Source: Epiperipatus broadwayi
Lineage: Eukaryota > Animalia > Onychophora
Length of the DNA stretch: 64,000 nucleotides
NCBI GenBank assembly: GCA_028023455.1
Contig: JAQFVV010000004.1
Location: 12,648,001-12,712,000 of the forward strand
Direction: 5' to 3'
The position numbers and the translations under genes are program-made. Under the pieces are notes generated by a model. It ran no database searches. It worked only from the letters and a program-made list of their open reading frames with translations, and was not told the origin of the DNA. Positions 12,455-25,371 of the stretch are shown piece by piece. Position 1 is the first letter of the stretch, and each line of letters opens with the position of its first letter.

Positions 12455-12702
12455 GATTATTTATCTTTTCAGCATATATGTGCTTGAGTGTATCAGTGAT
12501 ATTAGATAGAGTGGAGAGTGATGGGTCATCTGAAAGTCTGTGCTCATATACCCTATATTACATATATAAACACACAGGTATATAATAAGCCTGTTTTCAG
12601 TTATTCTATAGTTGTCTATATTTTAAAACCAACTACCTTAAACACTTAATGGCTAATATTCCCTAAATTTGTATTAATAACAATTTTTTTCAACAAAATA
12701 AA

Positions 12703-12798
12703 GCATTGGTGGTCGAGTGGTCAGCACAGCTGCCTTACAAGCAGTTGTCCCGGGTTAGCAGGTTTTCTTCCCAGTTGATACTATGACTCATGAAAAAA
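12703..12798 (+). mobile_element. tRNA-Val(TAC)-derived SINE or retroposed tRNA-like repeat, copy 1
   Basis: A box TGGTCGAGTGG, anticodon arm gctgc-CTTACAA-gcagt (TAC at 12736-12738), T arm with an 8-nt insertion, tail tatgactcatg plus A-rich end. Homologous copies at 22786 and 45889. Confidence 0.75.
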
Positions 12799-12999
12799 TA
12801 ATAATATTTTATATAATAAATTTATAAATGCAAGATTTCCTAAAACACTATTGGATGAAACTACAATAAAGTCTTCAGAATTTAAGAGAACGGAATTTCT
12901 TCTACCTAAAAAAGTCAGTCAGAAGTTCCACATTAGTTCTTACTTACAATAGTAATTAACTAATATTAACCACATACCATAGAAACATTTTAACACATT

Positions 13000-14860
13000 T
13001 GTATTTATATATTGGACTAGTTCCATCCTTCCGGAAAACATCTAAACATATAAAATTCCACAGATTATTTAAGGAGATGTTAAAAGAGATTAAAGACAGC
13101 AGCATATGATGAAAGAAATGAACAAAAATAAAAAACTATAAAAACTGATTGATGCAACAGACACAACAATAATTACTACAAATTGAAAAAGCTCAACATT
13201 AACATAAAAAAATGTCAAGTAAAGGAAATGAAAAACAACTAGAGTAAATAGATTGAATTGAAAAAGAGTTATATATAATGTAGGAGTAGATAAACCAAAC
13301 AAGATTGAGATGAGACAAATGTACAAAGGATACAAGCTATAGTCATTGAGATATAACAAGATTCTTTGTATTTAGAATGGAAAAAAAGAGAAGTTTAGAA
13401 TAGAATGAATCCTAAAAATGCTTGAAAATATCATCAAAACCATGACAAAACAATCCAAATAAAAAGGCAGAAGGAGGAATGAGAGGAGTATTAAGAAACA
13501 ACCCATGAGACTGCAAAAAGATACAAAGAAAAATGAAAATTTTGAGGAAATAGGTGACCAAATATTCTAAAACAGCTCAAATAATTCATTGAAAGAATAA
13601 ACAAATTTTAACTACAGCAAAAAATTTAGTGATAGGTAAAAAGTTGGGTGGAGAACCTGACCAAAAAAAAAACAAAAACAAATAGAAGTAGATCATGAAC
13701 ATCCCCAAAAAAGAAAAAGAAATTATGGAAGCCCAAATACAAGTGCAACTTCTATGTTCATGCATAGGAAAACACTTAAGGATAAAGTAAGGAAACTCCC
13801 ATAGAATAATATTTCCAATATATTTTTTCATTTTTTTTTTTTTATAAATTGGCGGCAAAGGAAGTTATTCTAGCAAGTACCACCTGCATGGTACTAACAA
13901 TGAATGGTGAATTGCAAGTGCCATAAAGATGCAGACTTTTGAGGAATATGAAAAAATCAATATCCATTTTTCGAGTGAAGTCAAATCTCCCATAAGAGCT
14001 GTAGATTAAGTACTAGAGAGAGTTGGGAGTAGTTTAAAGAACAAGTAACAAAATTAAAAACTTTCATATCATGTATTTTTTGGAAGGCAATATAATAAGA
14101 ACAATGAAATATAAGATACTTGCAGTTTTACAATAGACGATAATATCAACTACTAACATCACTACCAACAAATTGTTGAGATCAAGAACTGGTAATGCTA
14201 AAAAAATGATCAGAAAACCTCTGAAGTAAAATTAAAAGGGAAATATCACAAAAAAGTTAATTCCAGAATTTTCAAAGAACGTTAAAACCTTAAAATGATG
14301 GGTGGGAGATGACATAATGGTAGTGGGTGAGAATACTTTCTTACTATAGAAGATCACTCCAATAATGGGAAACCCAGGGCAAACATGATTGCAGATTAAT
14401 GAAACAACCAGAAAAAATAAGAAATATTGAGACAGTAAAAAAGTACTAAAAGAAATTATATTGGAATATTCCTTATAGGTGAAATGTTCAGAAAGAGGAT
14501 AAAGATAATAAAATACCACATCAATTTAACATTAGAAACTTCAATATATTAAAAAATCACATGCATGTAATTTGCAACAACATATACACGACAGATTTTT
14601 CTTGTATAAAAGCTCATTTATGATCATTAAACAATACAGAGAGATTTTTTTTTTCTGTAAATTCAAGTCATAAAACACAAAAATTAAATCATTGATTTGC
14701 TTCCATGATAAACAATGAACATTAAGAGATTATAATTAAAGTTAAAACTAAGGAAGATATAGCTCTGATGAAGACTGCTGGACAGTCGAAACTGTAAGAA
14801 AATAAAGAAGGTTAAGAAAATTACTTGCATTAAAGTGTATATGAATGAAGTATTATAAGT
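13000..14860 (+). pseudogene. Very degenerate Penelope-like element ending in a family C HHR
   Basis: Purine-rich strand. HIMYFLEGNIIRTMKYKIL followed by frameshifted FTIDD (about 14065-14150) resembles the PLE RT YxDD region; a C..IY-like GIY-YIG relic lies at about 14570-14630; HHR motif at 14765. 5' boundary uncertain. Confidence 0.4.
14761..14798 (+). ncRNA. Minimal hammerhead-like motif (family C)
   Basis: agcu CUGAUGA a gacug-cugga-caguc GAAA CUGU A ag: intact core, perfect 5-bp helix II, only 2-bp helix I. Confidence 0.55.
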
Positions 14861-15039
14861 AATATATATGAGATTATATCTGTAAACAGTCACATGTTTT
14901 TACCTCTTGACATTGTCAAGACATGCTAATAATAAAACATCCATAATGCAAAAAAGTTAGGACTTTTCAGAGAAAAGGCAAAAAAAAAATCACAGAAAGA
15001 AAATGGAAAAATTTCTTTGTTTGTTTCTTTGCTAACATA

Positions 15040-17510
15040 TGGTCATCTCATGTTATCATCGTGCTCTTTTTCAATCTCATTATAAAGAAATAAATTACAA
15101 TAAGCTAAAAGAACTATCAAATAAATATTATCTTATGGAGAGCCAAAAAAAAAAGATTCGGGACAGAATTTTAAAATGCAATTTCTTAATAAATCTAATA
15201 TTCAAATTTCATTCCATATAATATATATCTTGGAAATATATGTGTGGCAAGATTTCTTCCATTCTAATTAATAGAAAAAAATAGTTGCAGTTTAAAATCA
15301 TCCTTATTCCAAATGCAAAAATTAGCAATTTTTTTAAAACAAGGAAAAGGGGGAATTAAACAATGGCTTGATGTCAAAAGCATTTATAAGTATACATAGT
15401 TGAGCAGATTATAGATTAGAACACTCTAAGATTACAATGATAGCTACATTAAAAAACAGATATTCTTCCAATTATATTCACACAAAAAACGTTTATTCCT
15501 TGATGAAACTAAATTTCAACAACTATTAAATATTAAGATTGTTGTTTCAGATCTTCAGGATTGTCATATTACTGAAGGATGGGGATTCTTCTAAAGAGTG
15601 AAATATATCCTAGGGTATTCTGGAAAGAGGAATAATAAATGGTTTTTTGACAATGATGATTTGATAAAAGAAAACAAAAGGAGTAATTTCTGTTTATCAA
15701 ATTAGTAGATTAGATATAGAACATAATAATAAATATAGAAATCTCAAGCAGAAGTTCAATGACTAACAAGAAGGCTTAAAAATGATTGATAGATTAAAAT
15801 TGCAAAAAAGATGCAGACATTTTTCAATTATGGTCATTCTAAATCTTTTTTTGATGCATGGAAAGTAATATATGGACCTACATCACAATTCTATTAACTT
15901 TAGCAATGGAATTCTCTTATATGATGATAATGATATTTTGAACAGGTGGAAGAAGTATTTTGATTATCTTTTGAATAATGAGACAGAAATTGATATGACT
16001 TAATTATGTATCCATTTTCTCTACTCATTCAGATTTGGATAAAGAAGTCAAAACAATTCTTTGTAATGATAAAAATTAAAGGGCTGCAGGTCTTGATGAA
16101 ATGGCTAGAAAAATTTAAATATATAGTTGTGATATGTTAGTTTTAAAAATATTTGAATTTTTGGGGCATATATGGATTCATAGTATTGAACCACTTGATC
16201 AAACGAAATAGACTGTATTGCAGTCATCATCGTTAAATATCATTATTATCCACTTATAGCAAAGGTGCTTACAAGAATTTTGTTGAACAGTTTATTTCTA
16301 ATCATAGATAAATGATTTCCAGAAGCTCTGTGTGATTTTAGAGAATCAACGAGAACTATGGATATGGTTTTTGTTGCCAAACAAATTGGAAAAAAGTAAC
16401 AGGAACAAACGAATGATTTATATATTACTTTTATTGATTTGACCATGACATTTATCTTAGTTAATAGGGTAGATGTACGGTATTGTTTGAAATTAGTCGA
16501 TTGTCCAATAGAATTTATTTATATTATAGAGCTTTTACATGAAGGAATAAAAGAAAATGTTAATAATCTGAAGCATTTGAAATAAAAACTGTTATTAAAC
16601 AAAGATGTGTATTTGCTTCAACATTGTTTTCAATTTTTATAATAGTAGTTGTGTAAATGTTTAAATGTGGCTTAACCAGACAAGGATCAATATATGATAA
16701 AAGTTTGATGGAGGATTTTTTTATTTGAATTGATTAAAAGTGAAACCAATATCTTCTTTATGAATGATGACTGTACTATTTTTACAATTCAAAAGACAAT
16801 TTTCAGACTGTATTTAATGTTTTGAATGCAACATACAGACATTGGTTTATTAATTAATGTTCAAAAAGTTAATATTCTTTATCAGCCAGTTATAGATAGT
16901 AAATCCTCAGCAATTCTTAGGTGTGGATGGTTATCAATCTGAGAATGTAAACCAATTTAAATATCTTGGTAGTCTTATAAAGGGAATGGTGAACTTAGAT
17001 GTTGAAGTACAAGTACATTGCTGTGGTTTTTAACAAGTTAAAAGATAACGTATTTCATCACAAAAAAATAACTGCCACTACTAAGTTATCAAGAAATGAG
17101 TCGTAGACATTTTTATAAAAGGATTAAAAAAGTTTCACTTACGGAAGATCCATAAAATTTTTAAATACAATGGCAAGATCGTAAAATCAATCATTATGTT
17201 CTTTACTTACTCGATGTGATACTGTAAAGTCTCTAATGTAAAATCACACATTCATTGGATTGAACATGTAAACAAATGAACCATGTAAAACTTTCCTAAA
17301 AGGATGTTTTATGCTGAATTTGGGAATAGTTTTCATGGAGAAGGTAGATCCTGATATTATAAGAATTATCTCAAAGTCATTAAACGTAGTGTGGAGTCAA
17401 TGTTTCCATTGGGAAGATATGTCAGACATCGGAAAGCTATTAGACGTGATATTGAAGTATTTCAGTAATAAAGTTGTCTTTTGCAAAAAGTAAAAATAAT
17501 ATTGCAAAAT
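15040..17510 (+). pseudogene. RTE-clade non-LTR retrotransposon (LINE), dead ORF2
   Basis: Manual translation: KSFFDAWKVIYGP (15841-15879), ILNRWKKYFDYLLN, KRAAGLDEM, KVLTRILLNSL...FPEALCDFRESTRTMDMVFVAKQI...LYITFIDLT (16260-16443), VIKQRCVFASTLFSIF, FKYLGS (16956-16973). These are RTE RT motifs in order, with many stops. Confidence 0.85.
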
Positions 17511-18240
17511 ATCAAGTAAAAAAAAAAAAAAATCACTATGTTCACTTTCTGGATATATCTGTGGTTCACAAATTGGCTTATTTACTCATTACAGTCTCAA
17601 TTTTAGAGCAGTTTTTTTTTCCTTTGGAGTTAGTATAGCCATGCTCATTTATAAGTAGCTGTTTATTTTCTTTATTTGTTACTGTAAAAATATAATTATT
17701 AAATATATTCAAAATATATATATAATTAAACAAAAATATATGATCAAAATAATATCAATAAAATTCATAAATGAAATGAACTTTATATTCCTTCTGAATA
17801 ATTAATCCAGCTGAGAACTTGCGAGCTATCAGAGGTAAATACCCCCTCTCCTCCATGTTTAAAACAATTTAAATATATAATTAAGTAAAAGATTATATAA
17901 ATAATATTTCAATTTGGAAATTAGTATAAAATATAAATCACATTTTTTAAACATACTCAAGAAAAAAATTAAGTTTAAATGGAGAGCAAAAAGAATTAAT
18001 TAATTTCAATTTTATTAAAAATAAAAATAAGGATTATAATTTTAGATAATTTTCATTTTGCATAAAAATTTAATTCTGGATGGATGCATGATATATGTAT
18101 GTGTGCAGATGAAAGTCTAGGAGTCAGATTGTATGAAATCTGATATTAATTAATTTTATAAATGTTTAATTTTAAGATAAAAAATAAATTGATAACTAAA
18201 GAATTAATAATTATTAAATTTGGAAAGAATTTTGTGTATA

Positions 18241-18620
18241 GTGTAACAGAATAAAAAGTTGCCCCACAAGTTTGAGAAGCATTTTATAACAGAAATGAAA
18301 AGATGATGATGACATAACTTTTATTATCACCATTAAAGTTAGGCTGCCATTAGTAACAGATCGGATATGACAAGGTCATGATAGAGTGATCCCGTTTAAT
18401 TATGCTCTGAAAATTATGGCAGCATTTGTAACAGAATAAATGTGCATGCTAAACTCTGTTGTAGCTCTAATGATTTGGGTGCCATTTGTAACAGATTGAA
18501 AGTGTGTAATGAGAAATAATAACTCTAATATAGGCTGAATAAAAATCCCACTCCTTGGTTACCCTATATAACAGAATAAAATTAATCCCTGAAGTTGGAC
18601 ATCATTTGTAACTGAATATA
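18241..18620 (+). repeat. Degenerate interspaced direct-repeat array (about 7 copies of aagttgggctgccatttGTAACAGAataaa)
   Basis: (G/A)TAAC(A/T)GA cores at about 18243, 18286, 18353, 18428, 18488, 18568 and 18608, separated by unrelated sequence; spacing 40-80 nt. Confidence 0.6.
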
Positions 18621-18799
18621 ATATAAATCAAAGGAAAGTAATCCTAATTTTATCATGCCCACTAATAATAGTATCATTCATAATAGAATGAATATAATAA
18701 ACTATAATAAATGAATATCAATCAATAAATAATTATTCAGTACTCGATATAACTCTTTTGTCTAATCATACATCTAACTGTTAACAATACCAAAATAAA

Positions 18800-19560
18800 A
18801 CAGTGATGATAATCTTTATTATAGCATTATGAGTTCAGCCAGCATTTAGAATAAACAGAAAACAAATAAAATCATCACTTCAAATACCTTAAATACAAAC
18901 TTTACTTAAGATAGATTAAAATAAAGCAATATTTCACTTATAATCAACTAAAGACGATGATAAATCATTCAACAACTATATCCTAATATACCTAACAAAT
19001 CAAATATTGCTTGTGATAATATAAACTTATATTAAAATTTAACGATGTTCATATCTAAATGAATAACTCCTGAATGATTGAGATAACTGCTTTACTATGC
19101 CCTTGTTTCAATATTCTAAAGAAATATACATCCACTAATTAATTTTAAATCCCAATTAAATGAAATAATAAATTATACTAACTCAGCCATGCTATATTTT
19201 TATGTTTATTTTACTCTTACTAATTAGGCTAGTTATAACAAAATGAACTACTCAATAATGGTGTAATATCAATGAACCTATTAGATAATCTTAAACTATA
19301 ATGTCCAATAATACCAATATATAAAAGAAATAGTAGATTTCTATTGCATAAGATACCAATTTAAAGCTATGTTCTAATGTTTGAAACTAATTACCAAAAA
19401 TATTCATTTTAATATCCTAGTAAGAATATTACTACAAAACTTAACCTAATGTTACATATTCACTATGCTTTGTAATCATTACTTTCAACAAGATTATAAA
19501 GCAAATAAATAAAAATAGAAAGATTGATTATATAATGCTACAAAATGACTTTAAGAATAA
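18800..19560 (+). pseudogene. Possible highly decayed Penelope-like RT fragment
   Basis: IIQQLYPNIP (about 18964-18995, DxxSLYxNIP-like) and FQYSKEIYIH (about 19107-19137, FxFNxxxYxQ-like) in the expected order; otherwise unreadable. Confidence 0.3.
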
Positions 19561-19780
19561 CATCAGTAATGTAAATCATAAGATATTTATACTTTGGATA
19601 ACTCTTCCAATACATTAAAAACTTTAATTTACTCTTTTAATACATTAAAGACTTCAATTTACATGTATCATTCATAAATATATCAAATTTATTAAGCGCA
19701 AACAGATATCATTCATGTAAAAATCTTTTTTGTATTTCAATCAATAAAATACTGCATCCAGAATTATTCATTATCTGTGG

Positions 19781-22290
19781 CAGTGGTCTCCAAGTGTATG
19801 CCAAAAACATGTGTCTTAATTTTAGATCAGCTTAAATTGTAGTTTCTATCACTGATTATAACATGGCTTAAAGCAGAAATATTTGTTTGAAATCATACTA
19901 ACTGCTGCTTCAAACTACCCCAAGTAGCCAATCAGATGAAGGTTTTTCAATTCTATTGCTTCTATATCCTGTCAGAGTACCCTGATGATGTGGTGTCATG
20001 ATTCTTCATTTGAAATTAGCCAATGAAAGAGCTACATGCATCTGTGAGCATTTATGCACAACTCTATATATATATATATATCATTTTGTATATTCATACT
20101 GTATAGTTCCAATTTGTTTTCATGATTATTTTTTACAATATCAACTAATAATAGTGAATTAATATTATCAAAATTGCGTATATTTTGAAAAACGTATTTG
20201 ACATTATCAATATTTACATTTTACGAAATGAACCCTCAAAACATGTACTAATTGTTTTAAAAGAATTCTATAAAAACCATGGGTTGAAGATACTTGTAAT
20301 AGTGCTGCTACATTAGGCAAACAACAAGAAAAAGAAGGGATTGATACTTTTAATTATGCAATATCATTGCCTCGGATTAAGTTATAAAAACATTAAGCTG
20401 AAACTTAAAAAAAAACTTGCTCAGCAAAGTTCAAAATTATCAAAAAGATTACTTGAAATGGGAGTTTACATCATCAACTATAATATGTTTATTGTCTTAT
20501 ATGTTTATTGTTTCATGAAATGCTGACCACTAGTTGTATGATGCATTATTCCTTAGTAAGACACTTAAAATTAAACATCCTGAACATGAACACAAATCTT
20601 TACAATTTTTGAATGGCGTTTACAGACATGTAATTCTCAATCTAACAATTTAAAAAACACTAAAATTAATGAAAAATATGTGGAAGCAGCTCTTCATTCT
20701 TAATTGCAAAAGACAAAAGTCTACACACCATTGGGAAAATACTTGTATTCCCTGCCACTGTAAAAATGGTAAAAATTATTCATGGAAAACAATATGCAGA
20801 TAAACTAAAATGTGTTCTCCTGACAGCAAATACTATTGGTAGATGTATAGAAATCATTGCTGATAATTTAAAGAAAGAACAATTAAAATAAATTACTTAA
20901 ATGTGGAAAAATTTCTACACAGCTGGATGAAAGTACAGATGTTGCCACCATATCTCAGTTATTGATATTTATCAGATATTATTTTAATAATGAATTGCAC
21001 AAAGAACTACTTTTTTGTGAGGCACGCAAAAAAAGGTGTATTGGGGAAAACATTTTTTCAACAGTAAATAATTCCTCTATTAAAAACAGTATTTTATGGG
21101 AGAACTGTTTAAGTATAATTATTGATGAGCTGCTGTTTCAACTGGTACAAAGAAATGACTCAAAGGAAAGATAACAGAAATAGTAACCACATGTGAAATT
21201 TGTTTGCTGTATCACTGCGGCAACAAAAATGAAGCCTGATATACACAAAATACTGCAAGATGTTATCAGCATAGTTATTTTTATACAAACAAGACCTTCG
21301 AATACGATAATATTTACAATATTATGTAAAAAGTGGGCAGTATAGAGGTCTGTTGGTTATCTCGAGGAAAAGTGCTTAAAAAAGTGATATAATTGAAAGA
21401 TGAGTTACACATTTTTCTACTGAATAACAACAAAAAATTTGCAAATCATTTCTATGATGATAAGTGGCTATTACTAGTATACTACCTAGATGATATTTTT
21501 TAAAAAGTAAACATGCTTAAAGGTAACATTTTAACAATGAATGACAAAATAATTGCATTTCAAAAGAAAGTCGTTATGTGGAGAGAGAAATTGTGAAAAG
21601 GAATGTTTAGAAATGTTTTCATCCTTGTCCAATTTCATTATGGAAAATAATGTAAATGTGGAACAAACAAAAAGTCTTATATGTATACATTTAAAAAGTT
21701 TAGAAACAGACTTTTGTAATTTATTTTCACACGTTCCTGATGAAGAATTTCAATGGATTTTATACCATTTGCTGAAAATATAAAAATTGAACATCTGATA
21801 TTTTCTCAAGAGCAATTAATCGGCATTAGATGCAATACAAAATTACAAACTAATTTCAGCAAAAATCTCTTCATAATTAGTGGGTGAGATGAAAATCCGA
21901 GTATCCCAATTCAATAATCAGAGCAACCAGTCCACTTTTACTGTTTGGTTCTACTTACCTATGTGAAGTATCATTTTCAGCAATCATGGGTATTAAAACC
22001 AATTTTGGAGCCAGACTTTCATATCACAGCATCAGAAACCAATGCAGTCCCATTGTTTACATTAAATTGTAATGAAAAAAAAATTATGTAAGCTGTTTAT
22101 TACAAAAATGTGTAATAATAGTTGTTTGTTTTATTATATGATGACCTAAAGCTTATTTCCTCTTTACAATATGTATCAAAATAGATTTCTGCTCTTTCAA
22201 TTTAAGGGTACAAGATAATTTTTTTCTGTTCCAAAGGAATATGATAAAAAATGTACATATAAAAATCTTGAAAGGTTTAAAAAGTTATAT
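19781..22290 (+). mobile_element. hAT DNA transposon, Buster/Charlie group (ZBED5/SCAND3-like transposase pseudogene at about 20420-22060)
   Basis: Left TIR-like CAGTGGTCTCCAA (19781-19793). Translation gives KYQKDYLKWEF, HTIGKILVFPATVKMV, QLDESTD (20920-20940), WLSRGKVL (21354-21377), TYLCEVSFS (from 21953). Stops and frameshifts; right TIR not recognisable. Confidence 0.88.
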
Positions 22291-22785
22291 TAATACCATC
22301 ATGTGAAGTATAACCTGATTTCCTTACTATTATGACTTGGCAAACAGAGAGTTCATTTTCATTGTATTCAAACTTGAATAATCAATAGACATTAAATGGT
22401 ATAGTGCTATAACATCTCCATCTTCATGTGTTATTCTTATTAGTTTGCAAATACTAGAAGCACATATTATCAATATTCCAAATCAATTTCAATGAAAAAG
22501 CCAACATCACAGGAATTGAAAAAGGAAAACTACAACCATCTATGTTCACTGTTCATTGAGAACAGTTACTTAGAATATGCATTAAAAATAAAATACATTA
22601 CTGCATAACAAACTAAAAGTTCTTTGATTGATTAATATCAGTACAAAACAAATAATACCACTATAATTTCTAAAAAAAAAATATTGGCATTTTGTAATCC
22701 ATAGTGTAAATTATCAAATTACAATATTATACAATAATAAAATTATTCAGTTATATTTGTGGTGAACACAATTTTGATTTTTATA

Positions 22786-22878
22786 TCGAGAGGTCAGCAC
22801 ATCTGCCTTACAAGCAGTTGTCCCGGGTTAGCGGGTTCGCTTCCCTGCCGATGCTATGACACATGCAAAAAAAAAAAA
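22786..22878 (+). mobile_element. tRNA-Val(TAC)-derived SINE, copy 2 (5'-truncated, poly(A) tail)
   Basis: tcgagaggtcagcacatctgccTTACAAgcagttgtcccgggttagcgggttcgcttccctgccgatgc followed by tatgacacatgc and 12 A. Confidence 0.75.
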
Positions 22879-24449
22879 CACCATACAAGTCAAAGAGCAT
22901 TTGTTAGTTAATCAAACTATATTAATAGGAAACTATTTAAAGGAGTTTATAGAAATTAGCAACTTCATATTAACATGATTTATTTCCAGTTCTTTCACAT
23001 CAATTTATTTCTTTGATATATTAGAAAAAAAAAAAAAATCTGAAATACTAAACTCAGTGCTATCAGATTTATTCTACTTGAAGGTATTAAGCACATTTTA
23101 ACAAGCATTATTAAAAAAAAAAAAAAAAAAAAGACCTTGAAACTATCAAAGTTTTTACTGACACATAATAATTTAAAAAATGAAAGCTGGAAAATACTTT
23201 TCTACTTGTCTAACTCCCTCCCCCAATCCAAATATTAAAAAGAAATTATTTCCAAGTAATGAATATGTCTTCTTGTCTAACACCCCCCCTCCCCAATCCA
23301 AATAATAATAAAAAATTATTTCCAAGTAGCGAACAGATTAAGATTAGTTAAACAGCTCACTGATTATTATATAGCTCAGATCTTTTAAATGAAACTTTAA
23401 TTTAAATAATTGAGAGGGTCTATTATCTTTGCTATAACTCAAAATCTATACATTTTAAGACATGAAACTCAACGCTTATTTATTTATTATTCAACTCAAA
23501 AAATTACATTTACTCATCAATTATTTTCATAACCAGCAATGTCAACTCCTAATAATTCCCATTAATTTTATTTTATTGCTCTTTACCATGAAGACACTAA
23601 AATAAAACAGAATTTAAATACTCACTGCAGGACAAAGATCTATTCAATATTCCTGCAAAAAAGAAAGCTAATAAAGGCAGTACACATAATTAACTTCCAA
23701 GTAACTGTATCTTGCAAGTTTTCTTTCTTGCCTTATCTTATAATAGCATAGATTAGCTAAACATTCATCAAAAGAATATACTATTTGATTTGTGTTAAGT
23801 AAAAAAAAACTCACAAATCTGCTTGGAATTTGAAAAGGTCTAAATTTCATCACTGGATTTGAAGACTAGGTCATGCTTATGAATCAATATATGGTAGTTG
23901 TAAATCATTCACTGTACATTGTGTGGTGGTGCTGTTTCTATGTAAAAACACAGAATAATACCACTTTCGCGGCTGAACCTATGGCTAATACACAACTGCG
24001 ACCATATTAACCGCTTACAATAGATGTATTGGTTATAAACGTGGCCAATTCTTCCGTGTCCTAACCCTATGTCTACTAATAACACTATGATCATATAGTT
24101 TGCTGTTTCATTCTGAATTCTTTCATGATATATAAAATTCTCTATTACAGAAAAATGGAAGACTTTTAAAGTTGAGGTAATTTTAATCATCTTTGCAACA
24201 CAATAAATGAATTATCATTTGTTAATGGTGTATATACTTGTCATTTCTGGGGAATTTTTTAATATCCACATAGTGAATAGTATACTGAATGATTTTCAAC
24301 AGGAAAGAGCTGCTAATATACAATACAAAAAAAATTTTTTTCCACAATGTGCTATACAAAAATAAATCTCCATATAACTTTTAGCTGTTTCTACATACTT
24401 CAAGAATAATCCTCATAATGTAAAGTAAGGTACTATAATTGACTAATAG

Positions 24450-25050
24450 ATAAAATTCAAGGCTAAATAAATATATCTTCCCATCCATTCTGCTTCTATT
24501 AAGTAACAATAATCAAAATCATTAAATCCATTTTTACAATCTCTTTAAATAAAAAAAATCCCAGCTTGATACCTTTGATCATATCTGCTAATAAATAATC
24601 TGACCTTAGTCTATTGCAAGCTTTTTGTCAACTTGAAAAAAGTTCAGACTTCCATTACTCCTTCAAAAGTCAAATATCAAACTGCTAACAGCATGGACTA
24701 TCTATATTATTTCAGCTCCTATATTCTAATCATATTCTTCTCATGATTCTCTAGTCATAACTTCTAAGTGATTCTATCATTTCTCATGGACATATTTTGG
24801 ATGACTTGATAACATCTTAAAATATACCATTAAATTAATAAAAATATCAAATGTATTTCATGACCAGTACTAAAAGATTCAAAATGTATGCCATTTATTC
24901 TATTCCAATCAAGATTTTTCTAAAGATTCACTTTGGATTTAATCTTGAATTCTCTCCAGATATGCATCACTAAAATGAATATTTTAGTAAATTGTTTGAG
25001 ATCTTTAACTATTTTAAAAGACAAGGTTCTTTTTTTTCCAGACATACAAT
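24450..25050 (-). pseudogene. Possible decayed L1-like RT fragment
   Basis: QKACNRLRSDYLL (about 24595-24635, KAFDRVxxxYL-like) on the minus strand; little other support. Confidence 0.25.
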
Positions 25051-25371
25051 CATGAAAATGAGGACTTTAGAGAATTGGTTGATACTGGAAATTATTTCAC
25101 AAAGCTGAGACTTCATATTTTCAGTCAAATTCCTATTAATCTCATGCATAATTTGATAAAACCATAATAGTACAAAATGCATTAAGTCATGGCCGCCATT
25201 ATGAAATCAATATATTGTACTTTTACAATCGATTATCAAAATATATATGTTAAAAACAAATGACAAGTAATTTAAATTTTTTTTATATAATATTGACATA
25301 CCTATCTACATCATCCCAAGATATCCTTTCAGAAGGTCACTTCATTATTGGACAAGTGAGGTAAACCTCTC

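Larger units (their letters stand above)
10215..12603. mobile_element. Family A retrozyme-like multimer: about 2.5 eroded minus-strand units (10215-11277) head-to-head with about 2.8 near-identical 472-bp plus-strand units (11278-12603)
   Basis: Unit starts aagaatctcgg at 11288, 11761 and 12233 (periods 473, 472). One HHR per unit. Direct repeat TTCTATAGTTGT(A/C)TATA at 10198-10214 and 12604-12620 flanks the whole composite. No credible ORF. Confidence 0.9.

Noticed and set aside
10215-12603. Idea that the whole palindrome is a foldback-read chimera
   Set aside because: A 17-bp direct repeat flanks both outer ends, the outer flanks are unrelated, and the junction is asymmetric, as in other insertions here. 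Only the base quality of the left arm is doubtful.
12703-12781. Functional tRNA-Val genes (also 22786, 45889)
   Set aside because: T-arm insertion, mismatched or truncated acceptor stems, and a shared 3' tail with A runs indicate retroposed copies.
18241-18620. CRISPR array
   Set aside because: Repeats are too divergent, spacing is irregular (40-80 nt), the context is eukaryotic and there are no cas genes.
23880-24200. PLE thumb-like peptide (GQFFRVLTLC) or 93-aa minus ORF
   Set aside because: A single short motif with flanking stops; not enough to call.
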